DNA of 64,000 bases from Takakia lepidozioides. Its lineage: Eukaryota > Plantae > Bryophyta. The stretch's first letter is position 1. Every line of letters begins with the position of its first letter. Where the stretch lies: assembly GCA_030704615.1 (NCBI GenBank), contig CM060734.1:57846001-57910000 (forward strand), given 5' to 3'. Shown here piece by piece: positions 50,232-64,000 of this stretch. The translations under genes and the position numbers were made by a program. The notes under the pieces were generated by a model that was given only the letters and a program-made list of their open reading frames with translations, was not told the origin of the DNA and made no database searches.

Positions 50232-51570
50232 TTGAAGGACTTGGGAGCACTGAAGGGTCAAGAGATCCGTATTGAGTTGGCCACTGACACGCCAATCTTT
50301 CGGAGACCCTATAGATACAGTGACATGGAGAGGTCTTTGATTCAGATGAGGACTCAAGATCTCTGGGAGGCAGGTTTGGTGGAGCTCTCTGGTGGAGAGT
50401 ATGCTTCAGCCACAGTGATGCCAGCCAAGAAGGATGTCTATGGCAATTGGACGGAGAGACGTATGTGCGGTGATTACCGGCCTGTAAATCGTCAGACCAA
50501 GTCCGATAAGTATGCCATGCCAACACCAGAGGAGATCTTTGATGCCATCGGGCATGCTAAGGCCTTTAGCACTTTGGATTTACGATCCGGATATCACCAG
50601 TTGCCAATCAAGGAGGCGGACAAGCAGAAGACGGCATTCTGGGGATCAATGAGCACGGCAAGGATTGCCTATATCAGTGGCGGTTCTTACCATTTGGGCT
50701 TAAGAATGCTCCTGCAGAGTTTCAGAGAGTCATGGATAGGATTCTAGCAGGGGTGGACTTTGCTCGGTGCTACATAGATGACATCATCATCTTTAGTGTT
50801 ACGATGGAGGAGCATGAGAGACACCTTCAGGTGGTATTGGAGCGCTTGAGAGCGCACGGATTGAAGTTGCATCCGGGGAAGTGCAAGTTTTTCCACAACC
50901 AGATTGAGTATCTGGGTCACATGATATATCCTGGAGGATTGGGGGTACAGCAGACTAAGGTAGAGGCCATTGCACAAATTCCACGCCCCACGGATGTGAG
51001 CCGAGTTCGAGCTTTCATGGGGTTGACAAACTATTATAGACGGTTTGTCAAGGGATTTAGTACCATTGCAAAGGCTCTAACCAAGCTGACCAAGGTGGAC
51101 CAGGAGTGGCAGTGGGAAGATGAGCAGGAACGAGCTTTTCAAGAGCTCAAGGCGAGGTTGACCTCGGCGCCTATCCTGAGACGACCTATCAGGGGGCGTC
51201 CCTTTCAGCTGCATACGGATTGGAGCATGCTGGGGCTTGGAGCGGTGCTCACACAGGTGGATGATGAGGGAAGAGAGTTCGTAGTGGCTTATGTTAGCCG
51301 CTCGAACAACGCTGCAAAGGCTAAGTACAGCTCATATGAGGGAGAGTGCTTAGCTGCAGTGTGGGCCGTGGCACACTTCAGGTGCTATCTATACGGCAAT
51401 CTTTTCACCCTTGTCACGGATCACCAGCCACTCAAGTGGTTGATGGAGTCAGACAAGCTTACGGGGAAGCTTGCACGGTGGGCACTCATACTCCAGGAGT
51501 ATGACTTTCAGGTTGTGCATCGACCAGGTTTGGTCAATCGGGATGCGGATGGATTGAGTCGCAATCCATG
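50232..51570 (+). pseudogene. Reverse transcriptase and RNase H
   Basis: RMCGDYRPVN, LDLRSGYHQ, LPFGLKNAP, YIDD, YLGH; RNase H LHTDWS, YEGECLA, TDHQPL, NRDADGLSR. Confidence 0.95.
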
Positions 51571-51939
51571 CATGAGCCAACAGGATGACACTGGAGCTCG
51601 GTGGCATGGTGAGACGGACGAGGAGATGGTGCCGGGATGGCACGCATCTGCATTTTTGTGTATCTTGGCATCGGAAGGTCAAGTTGGACCTACAACAGGG
51701 ATGACTATAGACGGAGTGTCTGAGGACCCTGAGGCTAGTGATGAGCCAGGTGGTGCCAGAGATATACATGAGGATTCGGCTGTGTTGGACTACCTCCACA
51801 CGGGAGACACGGCAGCCACTGTGACTGCCAGGGAGAGGGATCGGATCCTGCAACGAGCCAAGAGGTTCAAGTGGGAGGGGATACACCTACTTCGAGTGTG
51901 GGAGGATGGTCGGGTGAGGATTGTGCCTCACCCCACACA

Positions 51940-53192
51940 GCGTGCACGGTTAGTGCGGCATGCCCATGAGGAGTTGGGGCATTTTGGAGTGCGACGCACT
52001 CACAGTTTACTGCAGGGGCAGTATTGTGGCGTGGTATGCATACAGAGGTGCAACAGTTTGTGGCTAGGTGCATGGTGTGTGACAGGGTGCGTGCTTCATT
52101 CAACGCCCCTACACCACAGTTGCATCCTTTACCAATCATGGGATTGGGCTACAGGTGGAGTCTTGACTTTGCAGGACCGTTGCCACTGACTATGCGCCAC
52201 CACAGATATGTGTTGGTGATGGTGGAGCATTTCTCCAAGTGGATTGAGTTGGTTCCATTGCCTGACAAGGCTAGTGAGGGGGCTGCGTATGCATTCTTGG
52301 ATCGTGTGCTTAGCCGATTTGGTGCTCCAGCTGAGGTACTCACGGACCAAGGGAGAGAGTTCTTGGGGGAGTTTCAGGCTTTGTGTGATAAAGCCTTGAT
52401 AGACCACCGCACCACTTCTCGGGATCATCCTGAGGCCGATGGCTTAGCAGAGAGAGTTGTTCAGACGGTGAAGAGGGGTTTGCGCAAGTATGGCTTGCAG
52501 AAGGGACACCTAGGAGATTGGGATCTTCAGGTTCCTTGGTTAGCCATGGGCTACAGGTTCAGCAAACAAGCATCACTTGCCTCCTTCTCACCATATTTCC
52601 TTCTCTTTGGCCGAGAGCCGGATTTGCCTGCAGCCATTCGTAGGGACACTGCTCAAGTCCTTAACCTTGACGATCCGGACGTGTGGGTATGTGCATGTGA
52701 TCAGCGTGCAGAGTTGTTCAAGAAAGTCATGCCCATGGCTTTTGAGAACCTTGCCATTGCACAGCACCGTGATACGTTGAGGTATGCCACTATACGTGGT
52801 GGAGGATATCGTCCTGGGGTTCGGAGGTTTATGTTTATTTGCAGCAGACTGCTCCTACGACTCTGGATGTTACTGCATGGCGTGTTATTTTGAGGGTTCG
52901 AGAGGTGTTGCCCTCAGGGGTCCTGATCTTAGAGGGTCGGGATGGCATGACTTGGAAGGACCATGTGCGTAATTGTGCGCCATGTCACCTTCCCAATGTC
53001 GATGGCAGAGTTGACCCAAACTTGGCAGTGGTACCTGCAGGTTTGAGGTGCATGCTCTGTGGGTCTGCCAAAAGGGCAGCCACCATGCTGGTGTGTGATC
53101 GATGCTCAAGGGGTTGGCATATGGGATGCTTGACACCACCTCTTGAGAAGGTTCCTGACGGAGATTGGTTGTGTCCACACTGCTTTGGATAG
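51940..53192 (+). pseudogene. Integrase (HHCC + DDE) with C-terminal PHD finger
   Basis: HEELGHFG...CMVC, SLDFAGP, TDQGREF, DGLAER. C4HC3 finger CMLC...LVCDRC...WHMGCLTPPLEKVPDGDWLCPHC at about 53049-53183. Confidence 0.93.
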
Positions 53193-53440
53193 TGACAGTG
53201 GACATGACTGGAGGCAGCTAACAAGACATGGGAGGCCAAACTCATAGGAGTCAATACATGAGATCCCAAGCTCAAGTTCACAGGTTGCAAGACGGCGACT
53301 AACGATGGGGCAACTCTTGCACCCGGCCTCTTGATCTATCGAGTTTGAGTGTAGTAGGGATAGTGGTGGAGGACTTAGTGAGGCTATGGTCACTATCACA
53401 TCTTGTGGCTACCTGGACTTAGAGGGACCTAAGCACCAGC

Positions 53441-53450
53441 TAGGGGGGCG
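53441..53450 (+). other. Polypurine tract
   Basis: taggggggcg ends 2 nt before the TG-starting repeat. Confidence 0.7.
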
Positions 53451-53452
53451 AT

Positions 53453-54125
53453 TGTGTGGACTAGCGACTGCCATAGTGGGCAGCATAGTGGCAGCCTAGT
53501 GACTGACTAGTTGTAGCCTAGTGGTTGGACTAGTGGTTGGACTAGTGGTGGACTAGTGGTATACTAGTGTGTGGTGTGCACATGTGTTGTGTGGTTTTGG
53601 ACAGCGATGTAGTTGTGTAGCGATATGTATGCGCACGACAGCTGTCAAGTTATTTTACCACTAGTGTGAAACTAACTAGGAAATAGCTAGCTTTTACATA
53701 TTGACATTTGGGATTGGCCCAAGTGTCAATCCAGGGGTCAAGGCAGATTTAGGCCCTGAAGTGGTTATCTTCATGGCAAGCGTGGAAGGCTCATCTTTCT
53801 CGAGTTGAGCCTCACCGCGCCTAGCTATGGCGCCGTAGTGTGGATTCCCCATGGCGTGGGGTGCACTTGGCTTGACTTGTATTTGAGTGATGAGGTTATA
53901 TATGCATGAGTTTATGCTTCAGATTTGTGAGCTCATGCTTGTATTCTTCTTCGTTATCATTGTGTGGACTAGTGACTGCCATAGTGGGCAGCATAGTGGC
54001 AGCCTAGTGACTGACTAGTTGTAGCCTAGTGGTTGGACTAGTGGTATACTAGTGTGTGGTGTGCACATGTGTTGTGTGGTTTTGGACAGCGATGTAGTTG
54101 TGTAGCGATATGTATGCGCACGACA
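53453..54125 (+). repeat. 3' LTR region: two direct TG...CA copies (53453-53640 and 53961-54125) around a 320-bp spacer with a TATA-like box
   Basis: tgtgtggactag(c/t)gactgccatagtggg...gcgcacgaca occurs twice; the copies differ mainly in the number of ACTAGTGG units. ttatatat near 53896. Confidence 0.85.
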
Positions 54126-54399
54126 ACTACTCTTCTCTGCATATGAGCTTCACCGTCGGCTGCACTCGAGTGACGACTCTTCTCAAATCTCAGTCGTGCA
54201 CGGTCTTCTCCTCAAACCCACTCCTCAACTTTATCTGCTTCCCTACAGATTGAGTGCTTAATGTTGCATTTTTGTCAACAATGATGCAGATCCAGGGGCA
54301 GTGAATACTGACATTTTGCGGGAAGTACCTGTTTGGCTTGCGAAGCTGAGCAATGTGCTTCTCATGAGGTGTGACACCCAACATTATTACATTCATTTC

Positions 54400-54870
54400 T
54401 GTTCTCAATGCTTGTCCAGCCTAGGAGCCCTGGAAAAAGGTACAGAGAGGTCCATGCTGACATCATTCTGGAGACTGCTCTATGTATGCCAAGTATGGGA
54501 GCTTGAACAATGCCAGACAAGTTTTTGACAAAACATCTCAACGAAATGTGGTCTCATGGAGTGCGATGATGGAGGCTTTTGAGATGTATGAGCAGATGAT
54601 ACGGGAAGGCATAACGTCCAGCAAGGTCACGTTCATTTCCACATGTGCCATGATAACAGCCCTGGAAGAGGGCAATGAGGTCCATGCTGACATCATCAAA
54701 GATGGAGTTGCCTCATATATCTCTTTAGAAAATGCACTTTTTAACATGTATGCCAAATGCGGCAGCTTAAAGGATGCACGGGAAGTGTTTGACAACATGG
54801 CTGCGCAAGATGTGGTCTCAGGAGCGCGACGTTGATCGCATGATATGCTCAGCATGGGTTTGGTGTGGAG
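54400..54870 (+). pseudogene. PLS-class PPR gene fragment
   Basis: MYAKYGSLNNARQVFDKTSQRNVVSWSAM and NALFNMYAKCGSLKDAREVFDNM, with deletions. Confidence 0.85.
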
Positions 54871-56009
54871 GCCAATCTTTTATTCAAGAGCCAGGGATAG
54901 GGGGAGGAGTGAAGAAAAATATATATCAGCAAGATGTATTAAGCCCCAAGTCTGAAGTCCACTTCACAGGGCACCACAACAAAGATCCTGGGTAACTTTC
55001 AAACCCCCACATGCTGCCACATCACCAGCTGTTACTCTCCCACCAAGGTCGTCAATTGCTTGCATGTACTCTCTTGTACATATGGAAGGAGGGCCCTTGT
55101 GAAGGCCTTGACCTAATTGCATACCTATCAATTCACTACATCAGAGCCTGGCCAATGACAGAGACACTCTACTTGAAAAACTGCTATAATCTTGCTTGCT
55201 GCATGATTGAACCCTCATACTTCACAAAGCACTTTGCGACCTGTAACTGAAGAGCTATGCTGCTGATTGGATAGATGTTGCGAGTAGGGGCCCGACCAGT
55301 GATCTACACAAGGAAGGGAAATGCTGGTGGAAGGCATCGTTGCAAGGCAGAGCTGCCGGGAGACTAAATGCTAATCTTGAACCACAGGTGACTGCATAAT
55401 GACCTTGTCTGCAGCAAATTAGCATTGGAAACCCATGCCTGTTGACAAGGTCCAAGCCAAAGATGGTAGTGATGATGATAATCGGGGCAACCAAGGTGGC
55501 TATGGGAACCAGCGATATGTAAACTCGGGGTTTAGTTTCTATACTAGTCCTTTTGATTTGCTATGGTATTTATCTATGCCAACTTCACTAGACCCTCTGT
55601 TCAAAATGATGTAAATACAAGCAAATGTTCAATAGACACCATATGACCATGCACGTGAGGTGTGCATATCAAGCAAGTGAAACTTTTTAGCTACTGTGAT
55701 TAGTTCCCCAAAGGATTATCAGCAGTTGATGCCAGATCACTTGTCCATACTTTGGGAACCTTGGGGCTTTAGATGTTGTCACTATCATCAATACTAATGT
55801 GCAGCTTTCTCTTTGATTCTCTCTATTTTGTCCTAGTATATGGTCACAATGGAAAACAATGAAATATGGGATGTATGTATGTAACACTATGGGGATGACC
55901 CACCCCCTTTTGTGAAAAATTGAACGTAGTAGTTCTCAAAATCCGTCCCTAGTAGTGCGAAGCAACGCCAAGCCCTAGTACTTAAGAATCCAAGTGGGTT
56001 CATGCTGTG

Positions 56010-56075
56010 GTGGGTAGCATGATGGTAAGGTGATAGCATTGTAGGTGGTGAGGTTTTGGGTTCGATTCGTGTCTT
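56010..56075 (+). mobile_element. Degenerate tRNA-derived SINE-like head
   Basis: A-box-like tagcatgatgg and B-box gggttcgattc at tRNA-like spacing. Confidence 0.35.
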
Positions 56076-56684
56076 GTAGTGTAACCCGACTAATAGTATT
56101 CCAATCGGTGTAACCCTCTATCAACCATGGTTTCTTGAGATCTAACCACCTTAAAGCAAGTTAACAGATGTCAGTGACGGCTTCCCTTCCGTCGAAAGGG
56201 AAGATGTTCGGTGACTCTTTCTCACACCCACTTTGTGCCAAGTATTTGTTGAAGTGGAGTTCCCATTCTTTTCTTCTCTGGGCAAGAGGAAAGGAAACTC
56301 CATATTTGTCCCATATGTGCTCTGATGTCATGGATACAAAACATTGTAATGGTAATCAAAGGACTCTTGGGGCTCATATATTGATGGTGAAAAATCTAAC
56401 ACTGTATTTTTTATTTTTTTTTCTCTTCTTCTAATAGAATTTGTAGGATGCCTTTCATAGCAGGCTGGCACACTTGGAAGGAACCATTTGATTCATCAAG
56501 TTTGTATTATCACCAATCGGAATTCTTGTGTGCACCTTTGTTCCTACTATTGACCAACCACTACTATGTGGACGTGAAATCAAATGGTGAAGGCTGAGCG
56601 TCGTTCAGTTTACTATGCTAAGCTCATTGTTTTACAGCAGTGGACAAGAGATGTGTGACGGCTAATTAGAAGGTGACGTATAGT

Positions 56685-56945
56685 GGAAGATAATAGAAAT
56701 AATGTAAGAACTTAATGCACACGTGCAACCTCTGACAGGATGGTACGCCGGTTTCCGGCATGTCAAATCTTCCCCACCCTCTCTTGAGAGTGACATGGAA
56801 CTGAAGGAGTGTAAACTCCAGTCGGGGTTACATTGGGTTACACGACGAGGCGTGTAACTCTACTTGGGGTTACATTGGGTTATGTAACTCCACTCGGGGT
56901 TACACAGGATGGAGTGTAACTCCACTCAGTGTAACTCACACTTGG
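56685..56945 (+). mobile_element. Solo terminal fragment of MULE family B
   Basis: ggaagataatagaaataatgtaagaacttaatgc matches the reverse complement of 22914-22947 with one mismatch; followed by GGGTTACA/TGTAACTC motifs. Confidence 0.75.
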
Positions 56946-57007
56946 TCTCGAGATTTGACTAAGTTCTAAAGTTTGCTAAGTATAAAATGGATTAAGCAGA
57001 GTTACAA

Positions 57008-57248
57008 TCTTGAAGAGCTGCTATCGTGTGTGTTGAGGATGGGAAACACAATGCATGTGTGGTGGATCCTTGGGTGCTGTAGTCACACGATCTCTTGGTG
57101 TAACATATAGCTTGAGGCTGTCATTGCTTAAAACTGTGATTTTGAGCTTGGTCCAAATTCTCCTCTGTCTGCTACATCTTCACTGTCCTTGCCTTTCACC
57201 TCTTGAACTTTTCTATACTAACTTCCAAACATGCAGTGACGATCAGTG
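57008..57248 (+). repeat. About 240-bp direct repeat, copy 1 (copy 2 at 62092-62331)
   Basis: tcttgaagagctgctatc...catgcagtgacgatcagtg at both sites, highly similar. Confidence 0.92.
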
Positions 57249-58697
57249 AATCAACCTACAAGAGATCTACCTCAAGAAATTGACCAGTTTCAATCGCTCA
57301 GGGTATTAGGATCAAGAGCAAGCCATTTCTGGTTCCTGTACATTATACCTCGCCATCATGCATCTTTTTCCTAAATACAAAGGTACCAAAGAGATTTCTG
57401 TTGTGATTTGTAGTGGGAGAATTGAGATACGCTCTAAAATCCAAATTTTGTCACGGTATGTTTTTTCACTTATAGACAAGCGCGTCTTCCAACCTGTCTT
57501 ACCAGCCTTTCTTTGTCTTACCAGCCTTGGAACAAGTTGCGTAGTTGAACTGGTTGCATAGCATTTGGTACTTCCTGATCATACAAGAACCTGCATCAGC
57601 AGTCTGTATGGTGTAAGAAGCACCTGCCCAAAGAGTTTACTCGATTTGAGGACCCAACCTAGGGCAGGTCTGAAAATTGTGGAAATTATTGCATGGAGTC
57701 ACAAGGTCAGTGTGCAGTGGAACACAATCAGAAAGTAAATTTAAGTAGGGGATTGTGGGGAAGAACACCAAGCAGTATTACGTGCCCAGGGGTTTGTATG
57801 GAAGAACAAGCGGTCCAAGGCTGCTTCTGGAGCATCCCTTGCCCTTCCAGGTTACTGTGACTGAAGACTTCATACAACTAGAGGGCAGCTGTTAGCACAA
57901 ACTTTTATCTGTTTCGGATTATGCGCTGGGGTATCATGCAAATGCAACTGTTGCGTGATTACAAATCTTCCTGAAGCAAATCTATACATATTCCCTCCAC
58001 TTTTCTCTTGATAAATTTTGGAACATCTTTATTTTCCGAAAACATAAAACACTTCCAAGATAGAAGAGAGCATTCATAATGCAAGTTCCAGCTACATTAC
58101 TATGCAGCTAAGGATCTCAACCGGATCCAATCAGAGAATTACTTCAAAATTGCCATTCCTGCCACAGCTTCACTTACATGCTAACAAACAACTATATTTC
58201 ACATCCTTGGTTTTGATAAGGGCCCTACAATCTCTCTGCAATAGACCATTCCACCTTGGTCATTGAACTTGTTAATGGAAAACCAAACAGATAAACCAGT
58301 GAAAGACTGCTTTCTGCGAAATATGGCAAATTGGATACACAATTTAACTTGAAGCTAAAACCAATTCTACTCAATAACCACAGATTACTGTATAGGATGG
58401 ACACTCAGGTTATGTTCCTCTGCCAAAAAAAAAGTCACAAGTCCAGCAGGAGAGTACAGTCTTGAAAGGCTGCATCACAAATACCCTAACCCTCAATGTT
58501 ATTCAAACTTACTACCAGGTAATAAGTTTGCCCTGCCACCGTCTGTCAAGCACCCAAGTCTGCTTCTGGCTAGCCAGTAACATTTCAATGGAGCAAACAT
58601 AATGTTTAGTCAAACAAACAGAAGGAAGAAAAGTGGAGCAAACAGAAGCAGACAGTCCCAAAGACCAGCATCTGTCAGCTGAGTAACCCATTCCATG

Positions 58698-61270
<2,573 letters not shown>

Positions 61271-61531
61271 GGGGAATCCATGTAAAGCACGTGTCCGGAC
61301 ACGATTGCGCGAGCTGCGCCCCTAACCTGTTTGAGCCGTCGATCTTTCGATCTGCGCGCAAGAATGGACGACGTGAACGAAGCAGCCGCTTTTTCTTTTC
61401 TCTTCATAACTTAAACAAGAGGCAAAGCGGCCGCTTTAGGTTTGGTAGCCCCAATATATTTACCTTTTTCTATTTGTTTTTAAAGGCTGCCCTGTTATTT
61501 AAGGAAAATAAAAAACTGGAATTATGCACAT

Positions 61532-61760
61532 CGGCTGGTAGCTCAGCTGGTAGGTGTACAGTGTGTCGTCCTGGTGGTTCGGGGTTCAAACTCGCCACCC
61601 TGCGACCCCTTCTGTGGGATTGTTCGTGACGGGATTGCTGGCTTTGATCGTCTCCATGGCTCATAAATGAAAGGGGGTTAATTTTTCCCCCTCCTCAAGG
61701 GCCTGAATTGTGGGCTGTCGCTCCCAGGTTTCCTTTTAAAAAAAAAAGAAAAAGAAAAAA
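61532..61760 (+). mobile_element. tRNA-derived SINE
   Basis: A box tagctcagctgg (61539), B box ggttcaaactc (61583) and an A-rich tail at 61738-61760; no clean cloverleaf. Confidence 0.6.
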
Positions 61761-62091
61761 GCCAGCTGTTGAAGGAAGTAGTTGTCGTCCACTGAACGTG
61801 AACCCTAACTTATCTCTTGCGGTACTGGCTCTGAGGCCACAGTTCCAGACAGAGCCAAGCTTAAACAGTCCCGGGCCCTCTATCGTTCTCTTACAAGACC
61901 ACAGACAAGATTTAACAAACTGGTTAACCATGTTTGTGTCCTGGATCAGGTGCTTGGAACCCAGCGATAGCGGAGTGTAGAGGTGGCATGGCTTGCTCAA
62001 GACGGTTTACCTTTGGACGGAAGGGAAGGCTAGGTGGTAGATTTATGAAGACACTGGTGTAGCTTTTTCAGGAAACCATGGTTGATAGGTC

Positions 62092-62331
62092 TCTTGAAGA
62101 GCTGCTATCTTGTGTGTTGAGGATGGGAAACACAATGCATGTGTGGTGGATCCTTGGGTGCTGGAGTCACACGATCTCTTGGTGTAACATATAGCTTGAG
62201 GCTGTCATTGGTTAAAACCTTCACTTGAGCTTGTTCCAAATTTTCCTGTGTCTGCTACATCTTGACTGTCCTTGCCTTTCATCTCTTGAACTTTTCTATA
62301 CTAACTTCCAAACATGCAGTGACGATCAGTG
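62092..62331 (+). repeat. About 240-bp direct repeat, copy 2, downstream of the KAS stop
   Basis: Matches 57008-57248. Confidence 0.92.
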
Positions 62332-62584
62332 CAGGCTCAACCTGCACATCGTTCAGTATGACTTCTCAATTCCTCTGGCTGTTTAATCTTGCAAGTTATA
62401 AACACTAGTGGCTTTGCAAGGTCACTATTGCAGATTCGCGCATGTCAGATACCCTCATTTATACATTTTTGATGAAGTGGTACAAACGAATACTCTCGAG
62501 TAATCTAAACCAGGAGATTTTCGAGGTCACATGTCAAGAAACGTCGCATAATAGTTATGACCAATTCTAGCTGCATGAGTATAG

Positions 62585-63845
62585 TCAAGGTGGACAAGTA
62601 AAGACGAGAGATGCATTTGTACCCCCAAAGCCAAACGAATTCGTGAGGACAGCTCTGATTGGCATTCTTCTTGGACTTGTGAGAGGAGAAAAGTGGTCGT
62701 GGAAAATGGGATCAGGCCGGTCCACATTCAATGTCGGGGGAGCTATATCCTGCGCCCCACTCATGTGTCAGCTTCAGCGAGTCAAACAACCAATTCACAT
62801 CCACTGCTATGGAGATGATGCTATGTAAAGGCTGGTGGACCCTTGGCAGCAACTGGACTTCCACAAAGTCCAAATGAAAACCAGCCAAGAACCTACATGA
62901 TGAATTGCTAAGATGGAGAAAATCGCCTCCACAGCACCTGCTGCTCCCAACAAGTGGCCTGTCGCTCCCTGCCCACACGACCCCGATACTCACAAAAATT
63001 CTTTTCAGCCACAATCAGCAAATTAGCAGTGACCTGTCACAAAAAGAAGTGAATTTCAGCAACATCGGAGGCCTACACACCTTAGTAGAAGAGAAGGCCA
63101 GCTGCCCAGAATTGGCATGCTCCTTGAAGACTGCCTGTATGGCTCTGGCCTCCACGGAATCGCCTGCATGGAACATATTGGGACTCAGACAGTCAAAAAA
63201 GCATGCCCCCGCCATGTCATCTCAGGCAACAAAATGATGGACCTACTCTGCGTGAGCCTAGGCGGCACAGGAGATTTATAATTCAAGGTGTTAGATCTAG
63301 AGTACCCAAGGGTGTTGATGTAGCATGTGCATTGATGTAGTCCACGTCTTCAGGCTGCAGCCCCGCCTACATCAAATAGCCAACTGTGTGTTTCAAGACA
63401 TGCAACATTTCCACCTCGTTATTCTAGACGTCATTTAGTCAAACTAAAGTAGAAGTAAATTCTTCTGAGGATCTGTGTGAATCATAGTATTGTGCTCTTA
63501 CTTGGAACCCCCCTTTAGAAGTGTAGAGTGGTGTTGGTACCTTCAACCGCTCTGGTAAGCATGATAACCATGCTGTTTGATACCAGCCACTGTAACAGTA
63601 AAATTTACAAGTTCTCAATTTAGTTGAGGGGACTGTCCATGCCAGCAATTTTCTCCATGCAGCTAGAAATTCTGCAGTGTGAACAGAGTTTAATCTTATC
63701 AGGACAGTATCCTCTAGCAACTCTGCCAATCACTAGGTGTGGATGGAGAGAGGTAGTGGGAGAACCTGCCGCAGAGCACGAGTCATTGCAAGAATAGCAC
63801 CCCTTCCATCAGTGGATGGTTGAGTGATGTGGTGTGCATCCCCTG
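62585..63845 (-). CDS. mtKAS: Mitochondrial 3-oxoacyl-ACP synthase, last five exons; gene begins beyond the window
   Basis: GDAHHITQPSTDGRGAILAMTRALRQ / AGLQPEDVDYINAHATSTPLG / DSVEARAIQAVFKEH...FSSTK / GATGHLLGAAGAVEAIFSILAIHH / PTLNVDRPDP...TNSFGFGGTNASL; TGA at 62585-62587. Confidence 0.92.
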
Positions 63846-64000
63846 GATCCATACAATGACACCCATCAGATTGCTCACTCCAGAACACATCAATGCAGCA
63901 AACACCAGATTGACTGCCAGTCCCATAATACACGGAAAAGAAAGTAGACAGACAACAAAAACCATAGGGCCTAAACCTGACAGGCCATAACCACGGATCT

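Larger units (their letters stand above)
45850..54125 (+). mobile_element. Ty3/Gypsy LTR retrotransposon encoding a C5 DNA methyltransferase and a PHD finger
   Basis: Domain order gag(2 zinc knuckles)-PR-DNMT-RT-RH-INT-PHD; PPT at 53441-53450 followed by a TG...CA repeat. No matching 5' LTR in the window; left boundary approximate. Confidence 0.93.

Noticed and set aside
46240-52840. Programmed ribosomal frameshifting
   Set aside because: Too many shifts, several inside catalytic domains, and no clear slippery heptamers.
61532-61605. Functional tRNA gene
   Set aside because: A and B boxes are present, but acceptor and anticodon stems do not pair convincingly; better read as a SINE head.

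Overview
Eukaryotic, intron-containing, transposon-rich DNA, probably from a non-seed land plant (inferred from plant-type TDT, EF1A and mitochondrial KAS genes and many PLS-type PPR remnants; the species cannot be fixed). Host genes lie at the edges: exon 1 of a tonoplast dicarboxylate transporter (-), a complete 447-aa EF-1alpha gene (-) and the 3' exons of mitochondrial beta-ketoacyl-ACP synthase (-). The interior holds two related Ulp1-carrying Mutator-like elements, each filled with its own short DNA motif, plus PPR debris, MITEs, a LINE, a B-box-rich higher-order repeat and a CACTA transposase. The main finding is a Ty3/Gypsy retrotransposon (about 45.85-54.1 kb) whose pol region reads protease - DNMT3-like C5 cytosine methyltransferase - RT - RNase H - integrase - PHD finger, so it carries both a methylation writer and a histone reader. 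Most of its frameshifts can be repaired by one base in a short homopolymer and may be assembly errors. All calls come from manual reading; no database searches were run.
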